From: Gemmatimonadota bacterium
GTDB taxonomy: Bacteria > Gemmatimonadota > Gemmatimonadetes > Gemmatimonadales > GWC2-71-9
DNA: 64,000 bases
Assembly: GCA_003222195.1 (NCBI GenBank)
Contig: QHVB01000030.1
Span: 114,883 to 178,882 of the forward strand
Direction: 5' to 3'
Part shown: positions 10,194 through 20,416 of the stretch, one piece after another
How positions within the stretch are numbered: the stretch's first letter is position 1
Layout: each line of letters begins with the position of its first letter
Program-made: the position numbers and the translations under genes
Notes under the pieces: generated by a model
The model's database searches: none
What the model saw: the letters and a program-made list of their open reading frames with translations, nothing else
What the model was told of the DNA's origin: nothing

Positions 10194-10616
10194 ATGAAGC
10201 GGATCCAGCGCTTGCTGGCCGTCTCAGCTGTCGCCGCCGTCGCCTGCTCCGACTCCTTCCAGCCCAGCGTCAGCAACGTCAGCGGCATCTACCAAGCCCA
10301 GTCGTTCACGACGACCGACAACGCCGGGACACATGACTGGATCGTCGCGGGCGCATCCCTCGAGCTGCTGCTCACGCCGCAGGGCACCAGCAGCGGACAG
10401 TTGGTTGTCCCCGACACGACAGCCAGCGGAGGATTCCTCATCGCCTTGTTGATCGGCTCATGGACGTTGACGGGGGACATCATCAAGTTCGATCAAGCCG
10501 TCGACACGTTTGTCCGCGACCTCGCCTGGATCGCCACCAAGGACCGGCTCACGGCCGACCAGACCCTCGGCACTGGGACACGAATCAAAGTCGTCCTGAC
10601 GCGGCAGCCGCTCTAG
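10194..10616 (+). CDS. Putative lipoprotein (lipocalin-like beta protein)
   Basis: GGAGG RBS; MKRIQRLLAVSAVAAVAC lipobox-like signal. Confidence 0.7.
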   Translation: MKRIQRLLAVSAVAAVACSDSFQPSVSNVSGIYQAQSFTTTDNAGTHDWIVAGASLELLLTPQGTSSGQLVVPDTTASGGFLIALLIGSWTLTGDIIKFDQAVDTFVRDLAWIATKDRLTADQTLGTGTRIKVVLTRQPL

Positions 10617-10683
10617 CCTCAGCCTTGTCCTTCCCGGGGCCCCCGGGTAAAATCCGACACACAAACCTGTCATTTTGACCGAC

Positions 10684-10724
10684 GTTCCCCCTCTCCAGTG
10701 GGGGAGGGGGTCAGGGGGTGAGGA
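10684..10724. repeat. Short palindromic element (CCCCCTCTCC...GGGGAGGGGGTCAGGGGGTGAGGA) directly upstream of argF
   Basis: Internal hairpin. Its 3' end CAGGGGGTGAGGA also occurs at 1608-1620 before aroC. Confidence 0.65.
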
Positions 10725-10725
10725 C

Positions 10726-11628
10726 TTGGCGAAGCGCGACTTCCTCCAAATCACCGATTTCAGCCGCAAAGAGATCGAGCAGCTGTTCGACCTCGCCAAG
10801 CGGATGAAGGCCCGTGCCTACCGGGAGACCCCCCTCGACGGCAAGACGCTGGCGATGATCTTCGCGAAGTCCTCCACGCGCACCCGCGTCTCCTTTGAGG
10901 TCGGCGCCTACCAGCTGGGAGGCCAGGCGCTGTTCCTCTCCAGCAGGGACATCCAGATCGGCCGGGGGGAGCCGATCCCCGATACCGCCCGGGTGCTGTC
11001 CCGCTACGTCGACGGCATCATGATCCGCACGTTTGACCACGCCGAAGTCGAGGAGCTGGCGCGGTTCTCGACGATTCCGGTGATCAACGGGCTCACCGAT
11101 CTGACCCATCCCTGCCAGGTGCTGGCCGACATCTTCACGGTCAAGGAGCACCTCGGCGGCTGGGAAGGGAAGCGGATTGCCTGGGTCGGCGACGGCAACA
11201 ACATGGCCAACGCCTGGCTCGAGGCGGCCGCCGTGCTGGGCTTCGAGCTTCGGCTCGCGTGCCCCGAGGCGTTCGAGCCCAACCGCGCCAAGTACGAAGC
11301 GGCGAAGCAGCACGGCTGCGTGATGGTCACCGAAGTCCCCGAAGAGGCCGTCGAGGGCGCGCACGTCGTGAACACCGACGTCTGGGCCTCGATGGGACAG
11401 GAAGCGGAAGCCGAGGCTCGGCGGAACGCGTTCAAGGGGTTCACGGTTGATGCGGAGCTGATGAGGCTCGCGGACCCGAAGGCCATCTTCCTGCATTGCT
11501 TGCCCGCCCATCGCGGCGAAGAAGTCACTGCCGACGTAATCGATGGGCCTCAATCTCGCGTCTGGGACGAAGCTGAGAACAGACTGCACGTGCAGAAGGC
11601 TCTCCTCGCCACTCTGATGGGCTCATGA
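10726..11628 (+). CDS. argF: Ornithine carbamoyltransferase
   Basis: SSTRTR, HPCQVLAD, GDGNN, FLHCLP, EAENRLH. TTG start giving MAKRDFL is inferred. Confidence 0.95.
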   Translation: MAKRDFLQITDFSRKEIEQLFDLAKRMKARAYRETPLDGKTLAMIFAKSSTRTRVSFEVGAYQLGGQALFLSSRDIQIGRGEPIPDTARVLSRYVDGIMIRTFDHAEVEELARFSTIPVINGLTDLTHPCQVLADIFTVKEHLGGWEGKRIAWVGDGNNMANAWLEAAAVLGFELRLACPEAFEPNRAKYEAAKQHGCVMVTEVPEEAVEGAHVVNTDVWASMGQEAEAEARRNAFKGFTVDAELMRLADPKAIFLHCLPAHRGEEVTADVIDGPQSRVWDEAENRLHVQKALLATLMGS

Positions 11629-12737
11629 CCACGACTCCCGAGACCCTAAAACGAACCCCGCTTCATGACGTGCACGTCGCCCTCGGCGCCAAGATGGTGC
11701 CGTTCGCCGGCTTCGAAATGCCCGTGACCTATCCCAGCGGCATCAACAGCGAGCACCGCGCCGTGCGTGAGGACGTCGGCGTGTTCGACGTCTCGCACAT
11801 GGGCGAGTTCGAGATCACCGGACCCGACCGGAATGCATTCGTGCAGCGTGTGACGTGCAATGATGTGAGCGCACTCAGCCCGGGTCAGGCACAGTATTCC
11901 GGCATCCTGACAAAGGACGGGACATTCGTCGACGACTGCCTCGTCTATCGCTTTGAAGACAAGCTGATGATGGTGGTGAACGCGTCGAACATTCAGAAGG
12001 ATTGGGACCACATCCTCGATCAGAAGGCCGGCGCGAACGTCCGCCTGCGCGACATCTCGGACGAAACCGCCCTCCTCGCGGTGCAGGGTCCCAAAGCCGA
12101 GGCACTCGTCGGCCAGCTCACAAGCATCGGCGTCGCCATGGTTCCGTATTACCACTTCGCGCAAGGCAAAGTCGCCGGCGTGCAGTGCTTCATCTCGCGC
12201 ACCGGCTACACGGGCGAGGACGGGTTCGAGCTGTACTGTCGCGCCGCCGATGTCGAGAAGCTCTGGCACGCGCTCGTCGGGGCGGGGCGGGCGGAGCCCG
12301 TCGGCCTGGGCGCGCGCGACACGCTGCGGCTGGAAGCCGGGCTGCCGCTGTACGGCAACGACATCGACGACACCACCACGCCGTACGAAGCGGGGCTCGC
12401 GTTCATCGTGAAGCTCGAGAAGGGGGCGCCGTTCACGGGCCTCGAGGCTCTGAAGCACCAGAAACTCGATGGGGTGAAGCGCCGGCTGATCGGCTTCAAG
12501 GTGACGGAGCCGAAAGCGATCGCGCGCCACGACTATCCCGTGTTCCTCGACGGCACGCAGGTGGACGTCGTGCGCAGCGGCACGGTCACGCCGACGGTGA
12601 ACGCCGCGATCGGCACGACGTATCTGCCGGCGGATCGGGCCAGGGCCGGCACCAAGATCGAAATCGACATCCGCGGCAAGATGGTGACCGCGGAAACGGT
12701 GAAGCTGCCGTTCGTGCCGCACAGGACGAAGAAGTGA
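11625..12737 (+). CDS. gcvT: Glycine cleavage system aminomethyltransferase T
   Basis: FDVSHMG, SRTGYTGEDGFE, GLGARDTLRLEAG. Confidence 0.95.
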   Translation: MTTTPETLKRTPLHDVHVALGAKMVPFAGFEMPVTYPSGINSEHRAVREDVGVFDVSHMGEFEITGPDRNAFVQRVTCNDVSALSPGQAQYSGILTKDGTFVDDCLVYRFEDKLMMVVNASNIQKDWDHILDQKAGANVRLRDISDETALLAVQGPKAEALVGQLTSIGVAMVPYYHFAQGKVAGVQCFISRTGYTGEDGFELYCRAADVEKLWHALVGAGRAEPVGLGARDTLRLEAGLPLYGNDIDDTTTPYEAGLAFIVKLEKGAPFTGLEALKHQKLDGVKRRLIGFKVTEPKAIARHDYPVFLDGTQVDVVRSGTVTPTVNAAIGTTYLPADRARAGTKIEIDIRGKMVTAETVKLPFVPHRTKK

Positions 12738-13232
12738 GAGTCGGCATCCTGACGATCTCGGATCTGGGCGCCGTGGGCCAGCGTGCCGACACGTCAGGCG
12801 ACGCGATTCTCGACTGGGCGGCAGAGCGCGGCTACGAGGTCGTGGTCCGCAGTATCGTCGCCGACGAGACCGACCGCATCGCGGGGAAACTGGCGCGCTG
12901 GGCCGATTCGAACGAGGTGGACGTCGTCCTGACGACGGGCGGCACCGGCCTCACCGAGCGCGATGTAACCCCAGAAGCGACCGCGGCCATCCTCGAGCGC
13001 GAGGCCGAGGGAATCGCGGAAGCCATCCGCGCGGCTTCAGGTCCGGGATTTCCTCGTGCATGGTTGTCGCGAGGCAGGGCAGGGACTCGGGGCAAGACGT
13101 TGATCGTGAACCTGCCAGGCTCCACGAACGGTGTTAACGAAGGGCTCGCAGTCCTGGCTCAATTCCTCGACCATGCCGTGGATCTTTTGCGCGGCGCTGA
13201 CACCGGGCACCAGGCACCTGAAACCGCTTCTC

Positions 13233-13240
<8 letters not shown>
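12734..13240 (+). CDS. MogA/MoaB molybdopterin adenylyltransferase family protein
   Basis: ILTISD, TTGGTG, RDVTPEA, SRGRAG, NLPGS; GTGA overlap with gcvT. Confidence 0.88.
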
Positions 13241-14780
<1,540 letters not shown>

Positions 14781-14861
14781 CCCCGCCCCAAAAACATCGC
14801 TCCCAGAGTCTCTAGCGCCCTGCTCGGAGCCCCCGGAGCCCTTGGAGCCGCTGGAGCACGC

Positions 14862-16571
14862 GTGGATTTTAGAATCGACCCCGAGTTGTGCGTCGCGTGC
14901 TTGGCGTGTGTGCGCGTCTGCCCCTCCGATGCCGTCGCGGTCGAAGGCGAAAGAGTCTGGATTGTGGACGAGGCCTGCACCCGCGTCGGCCTCTGCCTGC
15001 CTGCATGCCCCCACGAAGCCATCATTGCCGTCGGTGACGCGACACGGGCGCTGGAATTCGCGCTCAGCCGCCAGGCCGTGCTCATCCTCGCTGTCGAGTC
15101 GGCGGCCTGGTTCTATCCGGCAACGCCCGAGCAGGTCGTCAACGCCTGCTACGCCGCCGGCTTCGGCACTGTCCACCGCGGCGTGCTGGGGGACGAGCTG
15201 GTGGCCAAGCAATACCTCGACCTCTGGGCCGAGGAGGAGTGGGGGACGGGGGGGACGGTGATTCGCAGTACCTGTCCCGTCATCGTGGAGACGATCAAGA
15301 ACCAGTATCCCGAGCTGATCCCCTATCTCGCCCCGGTGGCGACCCCGATCGAGGCGGAGGCCCGGTATCTCAAGGCGCTGTACGGGGCGGATACCCCCAT
15401 CGTGTACGCCGGCGTCTGCCTGACGGAGGGGGGCGACGACGTGGATGCCGCCATCACGCTCAGCGAGCTGGAGGGGATCCTCAAGAAGCGGGGCGTTCGG
15501 GTCCAGGACCAGCCGTTGTTCTACAGCCGCATTCCGGAGGAGCGGCGCCGCTACTGGAGCACCGCGGGCGGCCTGCCGATCGAGTTATTAAAGGAAGAGC
15601 GGCAGTCGAGCCGCCGCTTCCGCAAGGTTCGGGGACTCGGGGCGCTGGAAGGGATCGCACGCGCGGTGGCCGTGGACCGCATCGACCTGGGCTTCGTCGA
15701 CATCCTGCCTTGCGAGGGCTGTCTCGACCATCCGCTGCTCGGCCCCAAAGAGGAGCTGTTCCGCCGCCGGGCGATCGTGGGGGCGACCGAGCCGCCGCGC
15801 GCGCTGGGGCCGGTGCTGGCCGACGGGATCGAGATCGACGTGGGCTCCGCGTTCGCGATCGCGGTGAACGGCGTGGCGCCGTCGGCCGAGTCGGTGGAGG
15901 ACATCCTGGAGCAGATCGGGCTCGCGCCCAACGGCCGCCCCTGGGATTCGGGCGCCTGCGGCTACGAGACCTGCCAGGACTTCGCGGTGGCGGCGGCGCA
16001 GGGGCGGACATCGCTGAAGTCGTGCCCGCGCTATCTCGAGCGGCAGGCGGCGCTGGCGCAGCAGCAGGCGGCGGTCGATGCGCTGACGGGTCTGGCGTCG
16101 TTCCGCGTGTTGCGCGACCGGTTGGCCAACGAGGTGGCGCGCTGTCACCGCAGCGGCGAGCATTTTGCCGTGCTGTTTCTGGACCTCGACAATTTCAAAC
16201 AGGTGAACGACCGGTTCGGGCACGAGGCGGGGAACGCGGTGCTGCGCGAGACGGCGCAACGGTGTACCGCCCACATCCGGTCGACCGACCTGGCGGGCCG
16301 CTATGGCGGCGACGAGTTCGTTGTGGTATTGGTAGGGACGGGTGTAGATGGAGCGCGCGGCGTCGCCGAGAAAGTGCGCGCGGCGGTCGAGGAAGCGGGG
16401 GTGGGGATGGGCTATCCGGCGGGCGTCGTGACGGCGAGCATTGGGGTCGCCGAGTACGGGCCGGACAAGAAGGACGAGGACGTGCTGGTCGCGGCGGACC
16501 GGGCGTTGTATCGGGCCAAGGCCGCGGGCCGCAATCAGGTTGCCACCAGTGAGGAGGAGCAAGCCACGTGA
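14862..16571 (+). CDS. Diguanylate cyclase with N-terminal 2x[4Fe-4S] ferredoxin, [FeFe]-hydrogenase-large-subunit-like domain and Fe-S linker
   Basis: CVACLACVRVCP/CTRVGLCLPACP; STCP, GVC and LPCEGC; DSGACGYETC...CP; DALTGL, DLDNFKQVNDRFGH, RSTD I-site, RYGGDEF. Confidence 0.85.
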   Translation: MDFRIDPELCVACLACVRVCPSDAVAVEGERVWIVDEACTRVGLCLPACPHEAIIAVGDATRALEFALSRQAVLILAVESAAWFYPATPEQVVNACYAAGFGTVHRGVLGDELVAKQYLDLWAEEEWGTGGTVIRSTCPVIVETIKNQYPELIPYLAPVATPIEAEARYLKALYGADTPIVYAGVCLTEGGDDVDAAITLSELEGILKKRGVRVQDQPLFYSRIPEERRRYWSTAGGLPIELLKEERQSSRRFRKVRGLGALEGIARAVAVDRIDLGFVDILPCEGCLDHPLLGPKEELFRRRAIVGATEPPRALGPVLADGIEIDVGSAFAIAVNGVAPSAESVEDILEQIGLAPNGRPWDSGACGYETCQDFAVAAAQGRTSLKSCPRYLERQAALAQQQAAVDALTGLASFRVLRDRLANEVARCHRSGEHFAVLFLDLDNFKQVNDRFGHEAGNAVLRETAQRCTAHIRSTDLAGRYGGDEFVVVLVGTGVDGARGVAEKVRAAVEEAGVGMGYPAGVVTASIGVAEYGPDKKDEDVLVAADRALYRAKAAGRNQVATSEEEQAT

Positions 16572-17290
16572 CTTCCAGTTTCGAGCCCGCGTCGGATCAG
16601 TCGTTGCCACTCGGCGGTGGAACGCCCGATCCGTGGGGGATGAAGCGGGTGGAGAATCTGATCACGGCACTGACGGGCGTCTTGTCGGCGCGCGTCGTCG
16701 TGACGCCGCTGGGCGAAGTGAGCGAGGTGCACGTCCTCACCAAGAGCGACATCCACCCCAAGCAGGTCGTCCGCAACATCGAGTCGGCGCTGATGGCGCA
16801 GCTCGGCTTCAAGATCGATCATCGCAAGATCAGCGTGGCGCAGACGGCGGATGTGCGGCCGATCGAGGCGCTGCAGGAAGAGGCGATCAGCGAGCGCTCC
16901 AAGCGGCGCGTCGTGGTGTTCAAGAGCCTCGAGGTGCGGCCGTCGGAGCGCCCGCAGCGCGTGCAGGTCCGCGTGAAGCTGGCGTTCGGCGACAAGGAGG
17001 CGCAGGCCGAGGAGGTGGGGACCGACACGACGCGCAATCGGGTGGAAGCGGCGGCGCGCGCCACGGCGAGCTGTCTCGACGATTTGCTGCCTGACAATTC
17101 GATCGCGCTCGAGGGCGCCCAGATCATCGATGCGTTCGATCGCAAATTCGTCCTCGTCGCTTGCCACGGCCTCGGCGGGCGCGAAGCGCAATTACTCACC
17201 GGAACCTGCGAGATTCGCGAATCGGCCGAGCGCAGCGCGGTGCTCGCGGTGCTCGATGCAACCAATCGCTGGGTCGACGCCAGGCGTTAA
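16568..17290 (+). CDS. Conserved hypothetical protein (EVHVLT...PKQVVRNIESALMA...IDHRKISVAQ family)
   Basis: GTGA overlap with the cyclase stop; strong host-like codon bias. Confidence 0.8.
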   Translation: MTSSFEPASDQSLPLGGGTPDPWGMKRVENLITALTGVLSARVVVTPLGEVSEVHVLTKSDIHPKQVVRNIESALMAQLGFKIDHRKISVAQTADVRPIEALQEEAISERSKRRVVVFKSLEVRPSERPQRVQVRVKLAFGDKEAQAEEVGTDTTRNRVEAAARATASCLDDLLPDNSIALEGAQIIDAFDRKFVLVACHGLGGREAQLLTGTCEIRESAERSAVLAVLDATNRWVDARR

Positions 17291-17327
17291 CTAGTTGTCT
17301 GTTTGCCACTTAGCGTCTTGGCGCCTC

Positions 17328-17350
17328 AGCGACCCGAAGTTCGGGTCGCT
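17328..17350. terminator. Hairpin after the hypothetical gene, possible terminator
   Basis: AGCGACCCGAA-G-TTCGGGTCGCT inverted repeat with a weak U-tract. Confidence 0.45.
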
Positions 17351-17424
17351 CCTTCCCGTAGTGGTTACGACTAGGGTCTAGTCCCATCTAGCGGACTTTC
17401 CGTTTTAGCAGTATTTCGGGTTTC

Positions 17425-18024
17425 GTGGCTCCTACTAGAACCAAGCGTTATTGGGGGACGCAGCGTGTGGCTCGCGTGCTGCAGGTGACGCCGGCTACGG
17501 TTGCGAACTGGATCGACCAGGGCCATTTGAAGGGGCATCGGACGCCGACGGGTCGCCGGCGCGTGGCGGCGGCGGATCTCGCCGAGTTTCTGCGGGCGCA
17601 CGGGATGGCGGTGCCCAATGAGCTGTCGACTGCGCGGGAGCGGCCGATCGTGGTGGTCGTCGAGGACGATCCCGGCTATCTGAAGGCGCTCGTCCGCATG
17701 GTGCAGCACGAGGCGCCGGAGGTGGAGGTCGTCGAAGCGATGACGGGCGTCGACGGGTTGCTCGAGATCGGCCGGGTGAGCCCCGATCTCGTTGTACTTG
17801 ACTATGCGTTGCCCGATTTGAACGCGGTGCAGATCGTGGAGCGGCTGGTAGACACGTCCAAACGACTGACTGCGCCCGTGATGATCGTCACGGGCGGAAT
17901 GCCGGCGAATGCCGAGCTTGATCTACGGCGGCTGGGCGTGCGGGCGATCGTGAACAAGGTGGACGGCATGGGGGTGGTTATCGAGGCAATGCGGCGTGTG
18001 TTGCAGGCGCGGAAGGTTGCGTAG
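17425..18024 (+). CDS. Response regulator with N-terminal excisionase-type HTH and C-terminal receiver domain
   Basis: VARVLQVTPATVANWIDQG..RTPTGRRRV; VVEDD, LVVLDYALP, IVTG, NK. Confidence 0.85.
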   Translation: MAPTRTKRYWGTQRVARVLQVTPATVANWIDQGHLKGHRTPTGRRRVAAADLAEFLRAHGMAVPNELSTARERPIVVVVEDDPGYLKALVRMVQHEAPEVEVVEAMTGVDGLLEIGRVSPDLVVLDYALPDLNAVQIVERLVDTSKRLTAPVMIVTGGMPANAELDLRRLGVRAIVNKVDGMGVVIEAMRRVLQARKVA

Positions 18025-18184
18025 TGGATTTTCCAAACGAATACAGGGGGCCCCGGGTCACCGCTAGCTAGAGCGGAGCGTAGCGAACAGTAGACGAGCG
18101 GAGCGTCGGGCACGCTATAGAGAGGCGTGCCACTCCTAGGCGAGGCTGTAACACTCGCTGGACCCAATAAGGGGGTGACGCTCA

Positions 18185-18259
18185 ATGTTGCAACTGCTCG
18201 CTTTTCTGTTCACAGCAGTCGCGAAGTTGTTTTTCGCAGATGGCACGGTTTCAATCTAG
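18185..18259 (+). CDS. Putative 24-aa hydrophobic peptide MLQLLAFLFTAVAKLFFADGTVSI (below ORF-track cutoff)
   Basis: AAGGGGGTGA RBS at 18169-18178, ATG at 18185, TAG at 18257-18259. Confidence 0.6.
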   Translation: MLQLLAFLFTAVAKLFFADGTVSI

Positions 18260-18332
18260 CGATGGCGTAGGGCCCCCTCGGTTTTCTTGGTCACGTGTCT
18301 CCTTGGTCGCGTGTCTCCTGGAAGGGATTTGG

Positions 18333-19703
18333 ATGGGCGAGAGTCAGCCCCGATTCGACCGATGGAGCTTTCGGCTGCTGCTCGTCGCGGTTGGCATGGC
18401 AGCGGTTTCGCTGCTATTCCTTAGCGACTGGTACATACCCCCTATCGCAAACACGGGATTCTGGAATGGTTTCGTAGCTTTCACACTGTTGGGGATTGCT
18501 AGCGACTCCGCGTTTCTTCCCGTCCCTCGGATTTCACAGGCTCGTGTTGGCTCATCCGTCGTATTCATTCCGTTTCTTGCCTCGGTGCTGTTATTTGCTC
18601 CACCGTGGCCCATGGTAATCGCTGGCACGACTGGGTTGGTTGCCCACTACGTAGTAAGACGCAAGAACTTGGTACGAGCAGCGTTTAACACGGCTCAATA
18701 CATGCTGTTTGTTGGATTGGGCGGTTTGGTATATACCGCACTGGGCGGTCATGTTGGATTCGATGCCGTTCATGTGAACTTCACCGCGTTTGCAGCTCTG
18801 GTCCTGGTTTTCTTTGTGGTAAATCAGGGAACCGTGGCTCTCGCGGTCTCGGCGAGTACTGACATTTCAATTCGTGAAGCTTGGACGCGAATCGCCGGGG
18901 ATTCGATTCTTTATGATCTTGTTTCCAGCTCGCTAGCAATCGCGCTCGCCTTTCTGTTCATCAGGTTACAAATAGTTGGGCTCGCGGTGCTTGTACTGCC
19001 GCTGTTCTTCGTGCGTCACATGTATCAGATGAACATTCGGGCAGAGCGCGCGAACAGGGAACTTCTTGAGCTCATGGTGAAAGCAATTGAAGCTCGAGAC
19101 CCTTACACCTCTGGGCACTCGGTACGCGTTGCAGAGTACGCGCGATCAATGGCGCGTGAACTGGGATTGCCGCCGAAACATGTCGATGATATCGCGACCG
19201 CTGCTCTCTTGCATGACGTTGGCAAGATTCACGAGGACTTTGCTCCACTTCTCCGAAAGGCTGGCCGCCTCACCCCCGAAGAACGAATGCTAATGCAGGC
19301 ACATCCCGTTCGTAGCGCGGACCTCGCAGGGACTATTGGAGAATTCCGTGGTAGGGTGCAAACAGACATTCGTAACCATCACGAGAACTATGATGGCACC
19401 GGCTATCCTGATGGTCTTGTGGGTGAGGGAATACCAATTGGTGCCCGAATCATCATGGTTGCGGACACGATCGATGCAATGACAACTGACCGTCCGTACA
19501 GAAAGGCACTTAGCCTTCAGAAGGCCTTGGAGGAAATGTTCAAGCATGCGGGTCGTCAGTTTGACCCGAAGCTAGTAGAACTTGTGACAAAGTCTCCAAG
19601 TATAAGGCGCCTGCTTGGGCCGCAACTGGTGTCGGAGCCACGAACAGTTCCCAGCATGGAGGCCCCTTCGAGAATTCGTGGGGGAACTCGCGCAGCTACC
19701 TGA
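18333..19703 (+). CDS. Membrane-bound HD-GYP cyclic dinucleotide phosphodiesterase
   Basis: About 7-8 hydrophobic N-terminal segments; EARDPYTSGHS, LLHDVGK, HHENYDGTGYPDGL, RPYR. Alternative upstream ATG at 18240. Confidence 0.9.
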   Translation: MGESQPRFDRWSFRLLLVAVGMAAVSLLFLSDWYIPPIANTGFWNGFVAFTLLGIASDSAFLPVPRISQARVGSSVVFIPFLASVLLFAPPWPMVIAGTTGLVAHYVVRRKNLVRAAFNTAQYMLFVGLGGLVYTALGGHVGFDAVHVNFTAFAALVLVFFVVNQGTVALAVSASTDISIREAWTRIAGDSILYDLVSSSLAIALAFLFIRLQIVGLAVLVLPLFFVRHMYQMNIRAERANRELLELMVKAIEARDPYTSGHSVRVAEYARSMARELGLPPKHVDDIATAALLHDVGKIHEDFAPLLRKAGRLTPEERMLMQAHPVRSADLAGTIGEFRGRVQTDIRNHHENYDGTGYPDGLVGEGIPIGARIIMVADTIDAMTTDRPYRKALSLQKALEEMFKHAGRQFDPKLVELVTKSPSIRRLLGPQLVSEPRTVPSMEAPSRIRGGTRAAT

Positions 19704-19868
19704 CCAACGCAGCGGACTGAAAATGCGTCCCTGGCTCGACACACCTCGATCCTTCTCGCGTTAACTCGTTGATTCTCGCCGCTGGTTCTGACCAAGCCGT
19801 CCCATGCTGTTCACGCTGTACCAAGCTGTTTCGAGTGTGAGTCCCGCTGTTTGTCCCGCTGTCGTGCC

Positions 19869-20405
19869 CTAGGGCTTCACGCGGAGGCCCTTCAGAAGGT
19901 CGTCGAGCCGTTTCAGTCGAGCATTCAGATCGGGGTCGTTAGTGTCCATCGTCCCACGCTCGTCGCGTTCCTTCGTCACAATGGCCATAGCAAAGAACAC
20001 CCTGACCACTTCCCGGGCTTCTCGGCGAAGGTCGCTGGAAGCTTGTGGGGCCTCACTGGCCATCGTCGTCAGCCAGGTGGCCATCAAATCCCCGGGTGTG
20101 GAACCCCTCATGGTCAGACGCCTCAAGAGCGTCTTCACGTCCTGGCCTTGGCGTTCCTGTTGAATTTGTAGCGACGCCTGCGTCGCCAGAGCGCGAATGT
20201 GGTCATCAATAGCCTTCGTTTCATCTCTGCGCTCGTCGCCGTGTCTGAAGTACTCCAGAGAACCAATGAGTACGGCAAGGACGACGGCCAGGTCCGCAAT
20301 GACGTGCAGCGTGTCGGGGATGACGTGCAGCAGGTCGGGGTGCAAGATGGCCGACACGACCACGAGCAAGAGCAAGGCGGCTGCTGCTATCAGAGCGCGG
20401 TTCAT
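19869..20405 (-). CDS. Hypothetical protein with two N-terminal TM helices
   Basis: 178-aa ORF with a hydrophobic N-terminus; no recognised motif. Confidence 0.55.
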   Translation of the reverse strand: MNRALIAAAALLLLVVVSAILHPDLLHVIPDTLHVIADLAVVLAVLIGSLEYFRHGDERRDETKAIDDHIRALATQASLQIQQERQGQDVKTLLRRLTMRGSTPGDLMATWLTTMASEAPQASSDLRREAREVVRVFFAMAIVTKERDERGTMDTNDPDLNARLKRLDDLLKGLRVKP

Positions 20406-20416
20406 GTCGGTGGCGC

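Noticed and set aside
14862-16571. Catalytic H2-producing [FeFe] hydrogenase
   Set aside because: The H-cluster motifs are degenerate, there are no maturases nearby, and the protein ends in a GGDEF output domain.
18241-18256. TGGCACGG as a sigma54 -24 element for the HD-GYP gene
   Set aside because: No GC at the -12 position.
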